Source of the DNA: Eubacteriales bacterium
GTDB lineage: Bacteria; Bacillota; Clostridia; Oscillospirales; CAG-382
Assembly: GCA_045636665.1 (NCBI GenBank)
Contig: JAZTXY010000126.1
Location: 1-38,643 of the forward strand
DNA: 38,643 bases
Direction: 5' to 3'
Shown here: positions 9,834-17,213 of the stretch, piece after piece
Layout of the letters: each line of letters starts with the position of its first letter
Position numbering within the stretch: the first letter of the stretch is position 1
Made by a program: the position numbers and the translations under genes
The notes under the pieces: model-generated
What the model was told of the DNA's origin: nothing
The model's database searches: none
Seen by the model: only the letters and a program-made list of their open reading frames with translations

Positions 9834-10697
9834 TTATTTTTTCTTGAAACCGATAAGGATAACGATTGTCGCAACAACCGCAACGCCTGCCACGATAATG
9901 GCAATGAGCGCGCCGGTGGAAAGACCGCCTTCTGCTTCGTCAACGGTTGTATCGGAGGATTCGGAAGCGGTTGCATTTTCGGAAACCGATTCGCTTTCGG
10001 TGGATGCGGTATCATCGGAAGTCGCACCGTCTTCGGAAACTTCTTCGGAAACTACTTCGGAAACCGAGTCTTCTTCGGAAACCGAGTCTTCTTCGGAAAC
10101 GTCGGTATCGGTTTCGCCGGTATAAGGAGCGATGGTAGCGGTGCAAACGTAAGCATCTTCATACCATTCAACGTCGGGTGTGGTTGTGGGAATAGTTTGG
10201 CCTTCGAGGTCAAGACCTTCAAATACAAAAATCATGCCCTCTGTCCAGGAAGCTACCATGGTGAACGAGTCGGTGCATTGCTGACTTGTATAGTCGGGCA
10301 TTGCCGCGTGTTCGGCATCGTCAAACCAGAATTGATCTTTTTTGCTTCCGTCGCCGGTAACGCCGTTATCGGCAAAAAGCTTGGGCCAGTTGTTGCCGGT
10401 GTTGATACCGTAAACAAAACCGCCTTCGGGAACGGCAAGAGCGTATGCAGAGCCGTCACCAATGCAGATTTCAACGACTTCATAAGTATTCTCTGCGCCT
10501 TCGACCGGAGCAAACGCAACGTGATGCCAAAAAGCGCCTGCGCTGTCAACTTCGGTAAATATTACGCCTGCGCCTTCAGCGCCGCCCTTGTTATAGTGCG
10601 TAAGAAATAACGGGAGGCTGTTGTCTGCAGATGCGGGGATCGAGAAAAGTGAAACTAAAAGAATAGCAGAAATAAGCAATGCAAAAATTTTCTTCAT
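9834..10697 (-). CDS. Surface protein: signal peptide, unannotated module, Ser/Glu-rich stalk, C-terminal TM anchor with basic tail
   Basis: ORF with RBS AGGAG; hydrophobic C-terminus ending in KKK. Confidence 0.85.
   Translation of the reverse strand: MKKIFALLISAILLVSLFSIPASADNSLPLFLTHYNKGGAEGAGVIFTEVDSAGAFWHHVAFAPVEGAENTYEVVEICIGDGSAYALAVPEGGFVYGINTGNNWPKLFADNGVTGDGSKKDQFWFDDAEHAAMPDYTSQQCTDSFTMVASWTEGMIFVFEGLDLEGQTIPTTTPDVEWYEDAYVCTATIAPYTGETDTDVSEEDSVSEEDSVSEVVSEEVSEDGATSDDTASTESESVSENATASESSDTTVDEAEGGLSTGALIAIIVAGVAVVATIVILIGFKKK
10031..10099 (-). repeat. 12/18-bp tandem repeats encoding a VSEE(DS) linker
   Basis: CTTCGGAAAC recurs 5 times; CTTCGGAAACCGAGTCTT occurs twice. Confidence 0.8.
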
Positions 10698-10807
10698 TTC
10701 AAAATATCTCCTTAACTTAACATAAGATAATTATAACTCTTATTACAGCTGTTGTCAAGAAATAAAAAAATCCGAGCAGAACAAATTGCCCTGCTCGGAT
10801 GATTTAA

Positions 10808-12163
10808 TTAGTCAAGAGTAATAACGGGAATCTTGGTCCAGTCGTTTCTGCCGATAATGCCGCCACCGTTGCGGTAGGTGATGTTTTTCCAAACGTTGTC
10901 AATATCGTTGGAGGAGTTGATCGAGAAGGTAAAGCCGATCTCAGTGCCCTTTTCGGGGGTAACGCCGATTGTAGCAAAGGGGATCGCAACCTCGTAAACG
11001 GTTACTGCGTTTGCATCATCGCGCGAGCAAGCAACCTGACCCTCGAAGGTTTCGTAATCGGTGCCGCTTTGGTAATATATGGTTTCGCCGCTGTCGGAAG
11101 CCGCAAAGCCGAAGTTGCGGATAACGCCGTCTTGTTCAGCGGTCTTGTTGGTAGCGCGGTCGAAGTTTTCGAGAATATATTCGCCTGCGGGGCTTTCCGA
11201 GCTGATCTTTGCCTGAATGCACTCATATTGCCACATATCCTTTGCGGCGTCCTGAGTGAGAGGACAATAGTGATAAGGCGAGTCTACAACAACGCAGAGA
11301 TAGAGATATTCGTCATCGTAGGTGGTGTAGTAGGAAGCGGTCGCATAGTAGTTGTTGGTTTCAAACTGTGCGTAGGACCAGTTGGGGTTTTCGGCATTAA
11401 CGTCTTCGACGTGGTAATCCTTCCATTCGGATTTGTTGAACACACCGTCGATAGTGGGCGCGGTTTTTGCCTTGTCGATTTCATAGTCGACGCCCTTGTA
11501 AAGGTGTACGCCGTGGGGGAAGATGGGAGTCTTGCCGTCAAGCGCCTTTACACGGTTGATGTAATCGGTTTGAGTTTTGTGGATTGCAACCGCAAAGCCA
11601 TCGTCGGGAGCTTCGAAATCGCCGGATTTGCCGACTTCCTTGAAATCGGTCATAAGATATTCAAACGCTTCATGGCTGTAGGTGAAAATTGCAACCGCAA
11701 AGTCGGCAACCTCGACTGCATCAACACTGCCGTAATCGTTCGAATAAAGAACGATCGAGCCGAAGGTCGGTTCAACGTCAATGCCGGTAAGACGGAGCGC
11801 GTTTTGCGAATTTGCGTTAACCTTGGTGTCGACAGTACCGAAGGAAACGAAGCTTGCTATAAATTCGGGCGCGGTTTCGTTTTCGGGTGTGCTTTCTTCG
11901 CCGCCGCTTGATGCATCACTGCTTTCGTCGGTCGTATTGGAGGATTCGTCAACAACCTCGGACGATTCGGTATCTGCAACCGAGGAATCTTCAACAACGG
12001 CCGAGGATTCATCATCGGCTACGGACGATTCGGTCTTGGATTCTTCCTGCTTGGAGGAGTCCGAAACAGCAAAGGATTCGTTTTGCTCGGTTTCGTTTCC
12101 GCCGCAAGCAACAAGCGCAAAAACGAGTAAAAGAGTAAGGGTAAATGCGATAATTCTTTTCAT
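10808..12163 (-). CDS. Lipoprotein: Ser/Glu stalk, unannotated module, CBM9-like (DOMON-type) sugar-binding domain
   Basis: Lipobox LVAC; APTIDG..SEW, YDDEYLYL, YEVAIPF and IGFTFSIN are typical of the CBM9-like fold. Confidence 0.8.
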   Translation of the reverse strand: MKRIIAFTLTLLLVFALVACGGNETEQNESFAVSDSSKQEESKTESSVADDESSAVVEDSSVADTESSEVVDESSNTTDESSDASSGGEESTPENETAPEFIASFVSFGTVDTKVNANSQNALRLTGIDVEPTFGSIVLYSNDYGSVDAVEVADFAVAIFTYSHEAFEYLMTDFKEVGKSGDFEAPDDGFAVAIHKTQTDYINRVKALDGKTPIFPHGVHLYKGVDYEIDKAKTAPTIDGVFNKSEWKDYHVEDVNAENPNWSYAQFETNNYYATASYYTTYDDEYLYLCVVVDSPYHYCPLTQDAAKDMWQYECIQAKISSESPAGEYILENFDRATNKTAEQDGVIRNFGFAASDSGETIYYQSGTDYETFEGQVACSRDDANAVTVYEVAIPFATIGVTPEKGTEIGFTFSINSSNDIDNVWKNITYRNGGGIIGRNDWTKIPVITLD

Positions 12164-12387
12164 TTTTAACTCCTTGTTTCTTTGTTTATTATTACTTTTT
12201 TAAAAACTTTTCTTTCCGATGCGCCGTACCGCATTCCGTCAATCGATATGTTTTCCGGCATAACTGATGCGCATTTGATGTTTACCGAATTATTATAACA
12301 CATCGCTTTTTTATTTGCAAGAGTATCGGTTATGCATTTGCGCAAAAAACAACCGCCCATATAATGAGCGGTTGAGTGTGATTTTCG

Positions 12388-13026
12388 TTATTCGGCGATA
12401 TCTTTTCTGCTCACGCCGATGCTGTCGTCAACTGCGCTGTCATACAAACCGTAATACTGCGTATTTCCGTTTGCGTCCACAAAGGAGATTCCTCTGCACG
12501 TGTAAACGTCGGTGAACACCACTTCCGCAACGAAAATCATTTCGGGGGTGAATTCATCGAGAGTATAAAGAATTTCATCTATCTTAAGACCGCCGTCGTC
12601 CGACCAAGTATCGGTGGCAACAACGCTGAAATATCTGAAATTCGTTACCTTTGTGTCGGTAGTAAACGCGGCAAGACTGTAATCGGTGTTGGGATCGTCA
12701 TACAATATATATGCATCCTTATCCGCAAGAAGCTCGTCGGTCGGATATTCCATGCTTATTTTAACCTTGACCTCTTCCTTTTCGCCCTCTTTCGACTCCT
12801 CGCTTTCGTCAACGGTTTCGCTTACCGTTTCGCTTACCGTTTCGCTTTCGTCAACGCTTTCGCTCGATTCATCGGCAATCGAGCTTTCGGTGTCTGCGGC
12901 AGAGGATTCAACCTCTTGCGCGGTGCTGCTTTCGGCAACCGAGCTTTCGGTGTTTTCGTCGGCACACGAAACGAGTGCGCAAGCCAAAAGCGCGGTGATA
13001 ATAAAGGCGGCGATAATTTTTTTCAT
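12388..13026 (-). CDS. Hypothetical lipoprotein with Ser/Glu-rich stalk
   Basis: ATG 13026 after GGAGG; lipobox LVSC; 12-bp repeat (ETVS) in the linker. Confidence 0.8.
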   Translation of the reverse strand: MKKIIAAFIITALLACALVSCADENTESSVAESSTAQEVESSAADTESSIADESSESVDESETVSETVSETVDESEESKEGEKEEVKVKISMEYPTDELLADKDAYILYDDPNTDYSLAAFTTDTKVTNFRYFSVVATDTWSDDGGLKIDEILYTLDEFTPEMIFVAEVVFTDVYTCRGISFVDANGNTQYYGLYDSAVDDSIGVSRKDIAE

Positions 13027-13143
13027 TGTTTTTTCCTCCAAGTACGATGTTTACAAATCTATAGACGAACGTTTTGCAGTTTTGTCACATATTTTTTGGA
13101 AATTTCCTTCGCTATGCTCTGCTTAAAAGAATCGTCTTTTGCC

Positions 13144-13198
13144 ATTGTAGCGGATTTTCCGCTAAATGTCAATAGTGTATTTTCCGCTAAACTATAAT
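13144..13198. promoter_or_regulatory. Divergent sigma-A promoters with putative Xre operator
   Basis: Minus strand TTGACA(13172-13167)-N17-TACAAT(13149-13144); plus strand TATAAT 13193-13198; palindrome TAGCGGA-TTT-TCCGCTA 13148-13164; second ATTTTCCGCTAAA copy at 13179-13191. Confidence 0.65.
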
Positions 13199-13226
13199 AA
13201 GGTATACTGTTATTGGGGTGATGACG

Positions 13227-13442
13227 ATGCATTACAAAAGAATTCGCGACCTGCGAGAGGACGGCGACCTTACTCAGAAGCAAATGGGCGAAATTTTGTC
13301 CTGCAGTCAGCGCGTTTACAGCAACTATGAGCGCGGAGAGCTTGACATCCCCACCGAAATTCTTATTAAGCTTGCCGATTTCCACAACGTATCGGTAGAT
13401 TATCTTCTTAACCGCACGGATAAAAAGGAAACAAACAAGTAA
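13227..13442 (+). CDS. Xre/Cro-CI family HTH transcriptional regulator
   Basis: RIRDLREDGDLTQKQMG..YSNYERG..LIKLADFHNVSVDYLL; RBS GGGGTG. Confidence 0.92.
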   Translation: MHYKRIRDLREDGDLTQKQMGEILSCSQRVYSNYERGELDIPTEILIKLADFHNVSVDYLLNRTDKKETNK

Positions 13443-13477
13443 AACCGATTTGACTTTTACGTCAAATCGGTTTTTGT
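13441..13477 (+). terminator. Intrinsic terminator after the Xre gene
   Basis: AAAACCGATTTGAC-N6-GTCAAATCGGTTTT. Confidence 0.75.
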
Positions 13478-13598
13478 TATACAATGAAAACTCGTAAAAA
13501 TCCGCGACAAGCGCGTGGATTTTTACACCTATGATGTCCGAGGATTCGGACAAGCCCAAAGGGCGCGCACGAATTCTGCGCGAGCGAACGGACATCAT

Positions 13599-13637
13599 AA
13601 AAAGAAAAAACGCAGGAAAACTATGTGTTTTCCTGCG
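13599..13637 (-). terminator. Intrinsic terminator downstream of the displaced tRNA-Val 3' fragment
   Basis: CGCAGGAAAAC-N5-GTTTTCCTGCG with a U-rich tract on the minus strand. Confidence 0.65.
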
Positions 13638-13651
13638 AGCGCGTCAGCGCA

Positions 13652-13698
13652 TGGTGTGGATAAATGGACGTAAACCTTCGACCCCTTGCATGTCAAGC
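13652..13698 (-). repeat. att-like copy of the 3' 47 nt of tRNA-Val (anticodon stem to CCA)
   Basis: 42/47 identical to 15312-15358, same orientation. Confidence 0.92.
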
Positions 13699-13975
13699 CC
13701 GCCTGACGGCGTGAAAACCTTGTATTTGCTTGCTTTTCGCTGTGCGATTTGTTATGTTTTTTTGTTTTGTTGACCTTTTGTTGACTCAAAAAGCTCAAAT
13801 ACACAATACCACACTCTCGGTCCCGAAGCACAGCAAGATTTTTATGAGATTTTTATGAGAAAAACATGGGATGAAATCTTCTTCAAAAACAAATATAATG
13901 GTTATATCCCAAAAACAACCGTTTCGTTGTATACTTTTCCCACAATTGCTCATAGTATATAACGAGCAGTTGCTC

Positions 13976-14040
13976 TACGGACAGATCTCTATAAAATTAG
14001 AGACTGCGGGAGGATATATTTATATATCCTCCCATCTTTT
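13976..14040 (+). ncRNA. Putative structured RNA unit 1 (abiF-like antitoxin candidate)
   Basis: TACGGACAGA-[TCTCTA-taaaat-TAGAGA]-CTGC-[GGGAGGATATA-ttta-TATATCCTCCC]-ATCTTTT. Confidence 0.55.
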
Positions 14041-14068
14041 GTATAGCAATTGTAGCATTTTGACAAAA

Positions 14069-14101
14069 AGTATTGACATTTTGTCAATACTATGATAAAC
14101 T
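14069..14101 (+). promoter_or_regulatory. Sigma-A promoter with an overlapping perfect inverted repeat
   Basis: TTGACA(14073-14078)-N17-TAAACT(14096-14101) with extended TGn; AGTATTGACA-TTT-TGTCAATACT palindrome 14069-14091. Confidence 0.75.
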
Positions 14102-14106
14102 AATCG

Positions 14107-14173
14107 TACGGAAAGAACCTTGTTTACTCAAGGTCTGCAGGGAGTTTCATTTATGGAACTCCCTAAACTTTTT
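14107..14173 (+). ncRNA. Putative structured RNA unit 2 (abiF-like antitoxin candidate) directly upstream of the Abi gene
   Basis: TACGGAAAGA-[ACCTTG-tttact-CAAGGT]-CTGC-[AGGGAGTTTCA-ttta-TGGAACTCCCT]-AAACTTTTT; begins 6 nt after the -10 element. Confidence 0.62.
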
Positions 14174-14175
14174 AT

Positions 14176-15153
14176 ATGGATGAGTTTATGAAGGCATTTT
14201 TTACATATGAACAACAAGTAGAAAAATTAAAAAAACAGGGTCTTTTTATCGAAAACGAAGAAAACACTATTAAGTTCTTGAAGTTAGAAGGATATTACAA
14301 CATTATTAACGGGTATTCTCCTATTTTCAAACACAATGGCATTTACAGAAAAGGAACTTCCTTTGAAGATATCTGTAGTCTCTATAAATTCGATAAAAAC
14401 CTCAGAAGTATAATATATAAACACATTTCATCTATCGAAACTCACGTTCGTGCTCTTGTTGCACACGAATTTACGAGAGTCCATGGTGTGGATGAAAAAA
14501 CCTACCTTTCCAAGGATTCTTTTACTGCGAACCCCAAATCCGAACAGGCCGTCGAACGGCTTTTAGAAGACTGTAATAAAACAATTGCCGATGCTTTGAA
14601 GGAAAACTCCAACAAATATCGAGAATATATTGCCCACAATTATAAAAATCACAACCATGTGCCTATGTGGGTTTTGGTCAGAGCACTTTCTTTTGGTACC
14701 GTTTCGATTTTTTATAAAAACATGTTGCCGAACGAAAAGGATAAAATAGCACATACATTTAATATTTCATCGGATCAATTGACAAATATTTTGGAAGTCT
14801 TAGTTTCATTCAGAAACATTGTAGCACATGGAGAAAGAACATATTGCGCCAAACTTCCCAAAACACGTTTATCAACAGAACTCAACATTACCAAGAAACT
14901 TATGATTGCGAAAAATGCAAAAGGCCAAAACAAGTTTGGTCGAAATGATTTTTTGGCTCTTTTGATATGCTGCAAGTATCTTTTACAACCTGAGGAATTC
15001 AATGAGTTAATCAATGAGTTAACGGCGGTTATTGATGAACTATCCACAACGCTAAACAATTCTATGGTAGGTAAGATTAGAATCCAAATGGGATTGCAGT
15101 CTAATGCATGGAAAAACCTGCCTAAGCTCATCTGCGATGATATCAAATACTAA
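14176..15153 (+). CDS. Abi family (Abi_2, AbiD/AbiF-like) HEPN RNase, abortive-infection defence (start may be ATG 14188)
   Basis: TYEQQVEKLKKQGL..GYYNIINGY, LYKFDKNLR..IE, HVPMWVLVRALSFGTVS and HEPN motif RNIVAH. Confidence 0.9.
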   Translation: MDEFMKAFFTYEQQVEKLKKQGLFIENEENTIKFLKLEGYYNIINGYSPIFKHNGIYRKGTSFEDICSLYKFDKNLRSIIYKHISSIETHVRALVAHEFTRVHGVDEKTYLSKDSFTANPKSEQAVERLLEDCNKTIADALKENSNKYREYIAHNYKNHNHVPMWVLVRALSFGTVSIFYKNMLPNEKDKIAHTFNISSDQLTNILEVLVSFRNIVAHGERTYCAKLPKTRLSTELNITKKLMIAKNAKGQNKFGRNDFLALLICCKYLLQPEEFNELINELTAVIDELSTTLNNSMVGKIRIQMGLQSNAWKNLPKLICDDIKY

Positions 15154-15272
15154 AAAACCTTCTTTTGTGATTCCTCTAGAGTTCCATCTTTTGAAAGACA
15201 AAAACAAGAAACGCAAAAGTTGTTGACCTTTTTGTTGACCCAACAGCCATTTTCATTGTGAAAGAAAAAACA

Positions 15273-15308
15273 AAAAACCGTGAAAACCCTTGTGGTTTCA
15301 CGGTTTTT
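15273..15308 (-). terminator. Terminator after the intact tRNA-Val, supplied by the island end; may also stop abi transcription
   Basis: AAAAACCGTGAAA-N10-TTTCACGGTTTTT. Confidence 0.7.
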
Positions 15309-15311
15309 GTA

Positions 15312-15388
15312 TGGTGTGGATGAATGGACTTGAACCAACGACCCCTTGCATGTCAAGCAAGTGCTCTAACCAACTGAGCTACACCCAC
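15312..15388 (-). tRNA. tRNA-Val (GAC)
   Basis: Reverse complement GTGGGTGTAGCTCAGTTGGTTAGAGCACTTGCTTGACATGCAAGGGGTCGTTGGTTCAAGTCCATTCATCCACACCA; cloverleaf with encoded CCA; promoter TTGATT-N17-TAGAAT at 15436-15408. Confidence 0.97.
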
Positions 15389-15502
15389 ATATTTTGTTTG
15401 CCGCATTATTCTATCACAACGATTCGCAAAAATCAAGCCCTTTTTTATTCTAAATCAAATTTCCTTTAAATATAAATGGAACAAACGAAGGGATGTTATA
15501 AT

Positions 15503-16345
15503 ATGAAAAGTTGGCTTTTGCTTTATCTTGCGTTTGCTTTGGTCGTCGTGGCAATGCCGTTTGTTGCGGATGCAACGATCGACAGAAGCGCGGAATTGAC
15601 TCTTGCGGTGCAATTTTCAAACGGAACTACCGAAGAAATATCGATTGAAGACTACGTTTTGCGCGCACTTGCCGCAAAAGAGGACGAGGTTACCTCGCTT
15701 GAGGCGAAAAAGGCGTTTGCCGTTTCGGTGCGCTCGATTGGGATGTATTTTGCGACCTTCGGCTGTAAACACGGCGATTTTGACTGCTGTGACAGCGGAG
15801 AATGCTGTGTTGCGCTTTCACCGAGTAATTCCGCAAGCGAGGGAACGCAAAACGCAGTGCGCGAAACGAAGGGGCAATATCTTGAAATCGACGGCGCGCC
15901 TGCAATGGCGCTTTTTACGCTTTGCGCTTCGAGCGGAACACGGCAAAGCGATGAATTTAAATATCTGACCGCCGTTGCCTCGGGTGGAAAATGCGATTTG
16001 CACAAGGTCGAGCGAGTTTTTACCGCAAAGGAGGTCCTTGCGATTTTCCCCGAAGCCGAAAAGGATTTGAAATTTTACGCCGTTTACGGGGAAAACGGTA
16101 AGCTTTCGTTTGCGATCGTTGACAACAAGCAAATCGACGGCGATATTTTGGCAAACGCATTCAACCTTAAAAGCGTTGAGATGACTATCCAAACGCTTGA
16201 GGACGGAATATGCGTTACCTCCCACGGGAGCGGACACGGAACGGGGCTTGACCTTTGCAATGCCGAAAAATTGGCGCGCGACGGTATTTATTACAAAAAA
16301 ATACTTGAAATATATTTTCCGAAGCTGAATTTAAAAGGATTTTGA
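15503..16345 (+). CDS. spoIID: Divergent SpoIID/LytB-family protein
   Basis: ISIEDYV..LEAKKAFAVSVRS, AVRETKGQYL, GSGHGTGL and YKKILEIYFP motifs; directly upstream of an M23 gene. Confidence 0.75.
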   Translation: MKSWLLLYLAFALVVVAMPFVADATIDRSAELTLAVQFSNGTTEEISIEDYVLRALAAKEDEVTSLEAKKAFAVSVRSIGMYFATFGCKHGDFDCCDSGECCVALSPSNSASEGTQNAVRETKGQYLEIDGAPAMALFTLCASSGTRQSDEFKYLTAVASGGKCDLHKVERVFTAKEVLAIFPEAEKDLKFYAVYGENGKLSFAIVDNKQIDGDILANAFNLKSVEMTIQTLEDGICVTSHGSGHGTGLDLCNAEKLARDGIYYKKILEIYFPKLNLKGF

Positions 16346-16373
16346 ATATTTTTTCCTCTGAAGGCAAACAATA
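16344..16373 (+). promoter_or_regulatory. Possible forespore sigma (F/G)-type promoter
   Basis: GAATA-N15-GCAAACAATA upstream of the spoIIQ-like gene. Confidence 0.4.
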
Positions 16374-16405
16374 GGTTTGACAAAAAACTTTCAGGGGGAA
16401 AACCA

Positions 16406-17140
16406 ATGAACGACAATCAAGAAAACAGGGACTTGTTCGAAGACGAGCCCAAGCGCGAGCCGTTGACAAAAAGGGTTGCAAGGTTCTCGGCGTTTATATA
16501 TCTCGGATTGGCAATAACCGTTGTTATTACGGCAACTGTCGGTATTTTCAGCATCTCCTATGATTACGATGCAAGCCTGCCGCCCGTTTCCTTTCCGGAT
16601 ATCGACCTTAATATTCCCGACGTTTCGATTCCTTTTGAGGAATCCGAGCTTGAGGAGGAATCCGATTCTCACGTAAACAACGAGCAAAGCGGCATTACGC
16701 CCGACGTTTCGACACCAACACCGCCTCGCACTATGTACTACTTCCCTGTTGAGGGCGAAGTGATTAAAAATTACAGTATGGATGCGCTTGTTTACTCCGA
16801 AACGATGAAGGATTACCGCGTTCACAGCGGTATTGACATCGCATCGACCGTCGGAGCAGAGGTTATTGCATTCACCGACGGTGTGGTTTCGGCGGTATCC
16901 GACGATTATTTCAACGGAATGACTGTCGTAATCACTCACGAGCAGGGTGTGGTTTCTTATTATATGAACCTCGATTCCACACTTGCCGAGGGTATTGAGG
17001 TCGGCACCGAGGTTTTGGCAGGACAACCCGTCGGTTACGTCGGAACAACAGCGCGCGCCGAAGCGCTCGAGCCGTCGCACCTTCATTTTGAGCTCCGTGT
17101 TAACGGCTCGCATATCGATCCGTTGCCCGAATTACCCTAA
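16406..17140 (+). CDS. Membrane-anchored M23 peptidase, SpoIIQ-like
   Basis: N-terminal TM; HSGID and HLHFE motifs; LVYSETMKDYRVH is typical of clostridial SpoIIQ; follows spoIID. Confidence 0.85.
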   Translation: MNDNQENRDLFEDEPKREPLTKRVARFSAFIYLGLAITVVITATVGIFSISYDYDASLPPVSFPDIDLNIPDVSIPFEESELEEESDSHVNNEQSGITPDVSTPTPPRTMYYFPVEGEVIKNYSMDALVYSETMKDYRVHSGIDIASTVGAEVIAFTDGVVSAVSDDYFNGMTVVITHEQGVVSYYMNLDSTLAEGIEVGTEVLAGQPVGYVGTTARAEALEPSHLHFELRVNGSHIDPLPELP

Positions 17141-17170
17141 CGAACCGAATATAGCCCGTTCTACAAGACG

Positions 17171-17201
17171 AAAGGAGCAGTTCGATGAACTGCTCCTTTT
17201 T
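17171..17201. terminator. Bidirectional terminator
   Basis: AAAGGAGCAGTTC-GAT-GAACTGCTCCTTT between convergent genes. Confidence 0.8.
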
Positions 17202-17213
17202 GTTTTGCATTGA

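Larger units (their letters stand above)
13652..15358. mobile_element. Integrase-less mini genomic island in tRNA-Val(GAC) carrying an Abi gene
   Basis: Flanking 47-bp direct repeats; paired TGTTGAC(C/T) motifs near both ends (13768-13786, 15221-15240); visibly AT-rich compared with flanks; single cargo gene. Confidence 0.8.

Noticed and set aside
13652..13698. Second functional tRNA-Val
   Set aside because: Lacks the 5' acceptor strand and D-arm, and the T-arm is mutated
13059..14095. ORFs 13059-13598, 13531-13773, 13595-13831 and 13871-14095
   Set aside because: They overlap the Xre gene antisense, hairpins, the att site or the promoter and RNA units; no recognisable motifs or good RBS. 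A small peptide at 13871 cannot be fully excluded
13976..14173. The two RNA-like units as a bona fide CRISPR array
   Set aside because: Only two units, with diverged sequence, each ending in a terminator-like hairpin; the intervening DNA is a promoter; no third copy found in 13800-13975
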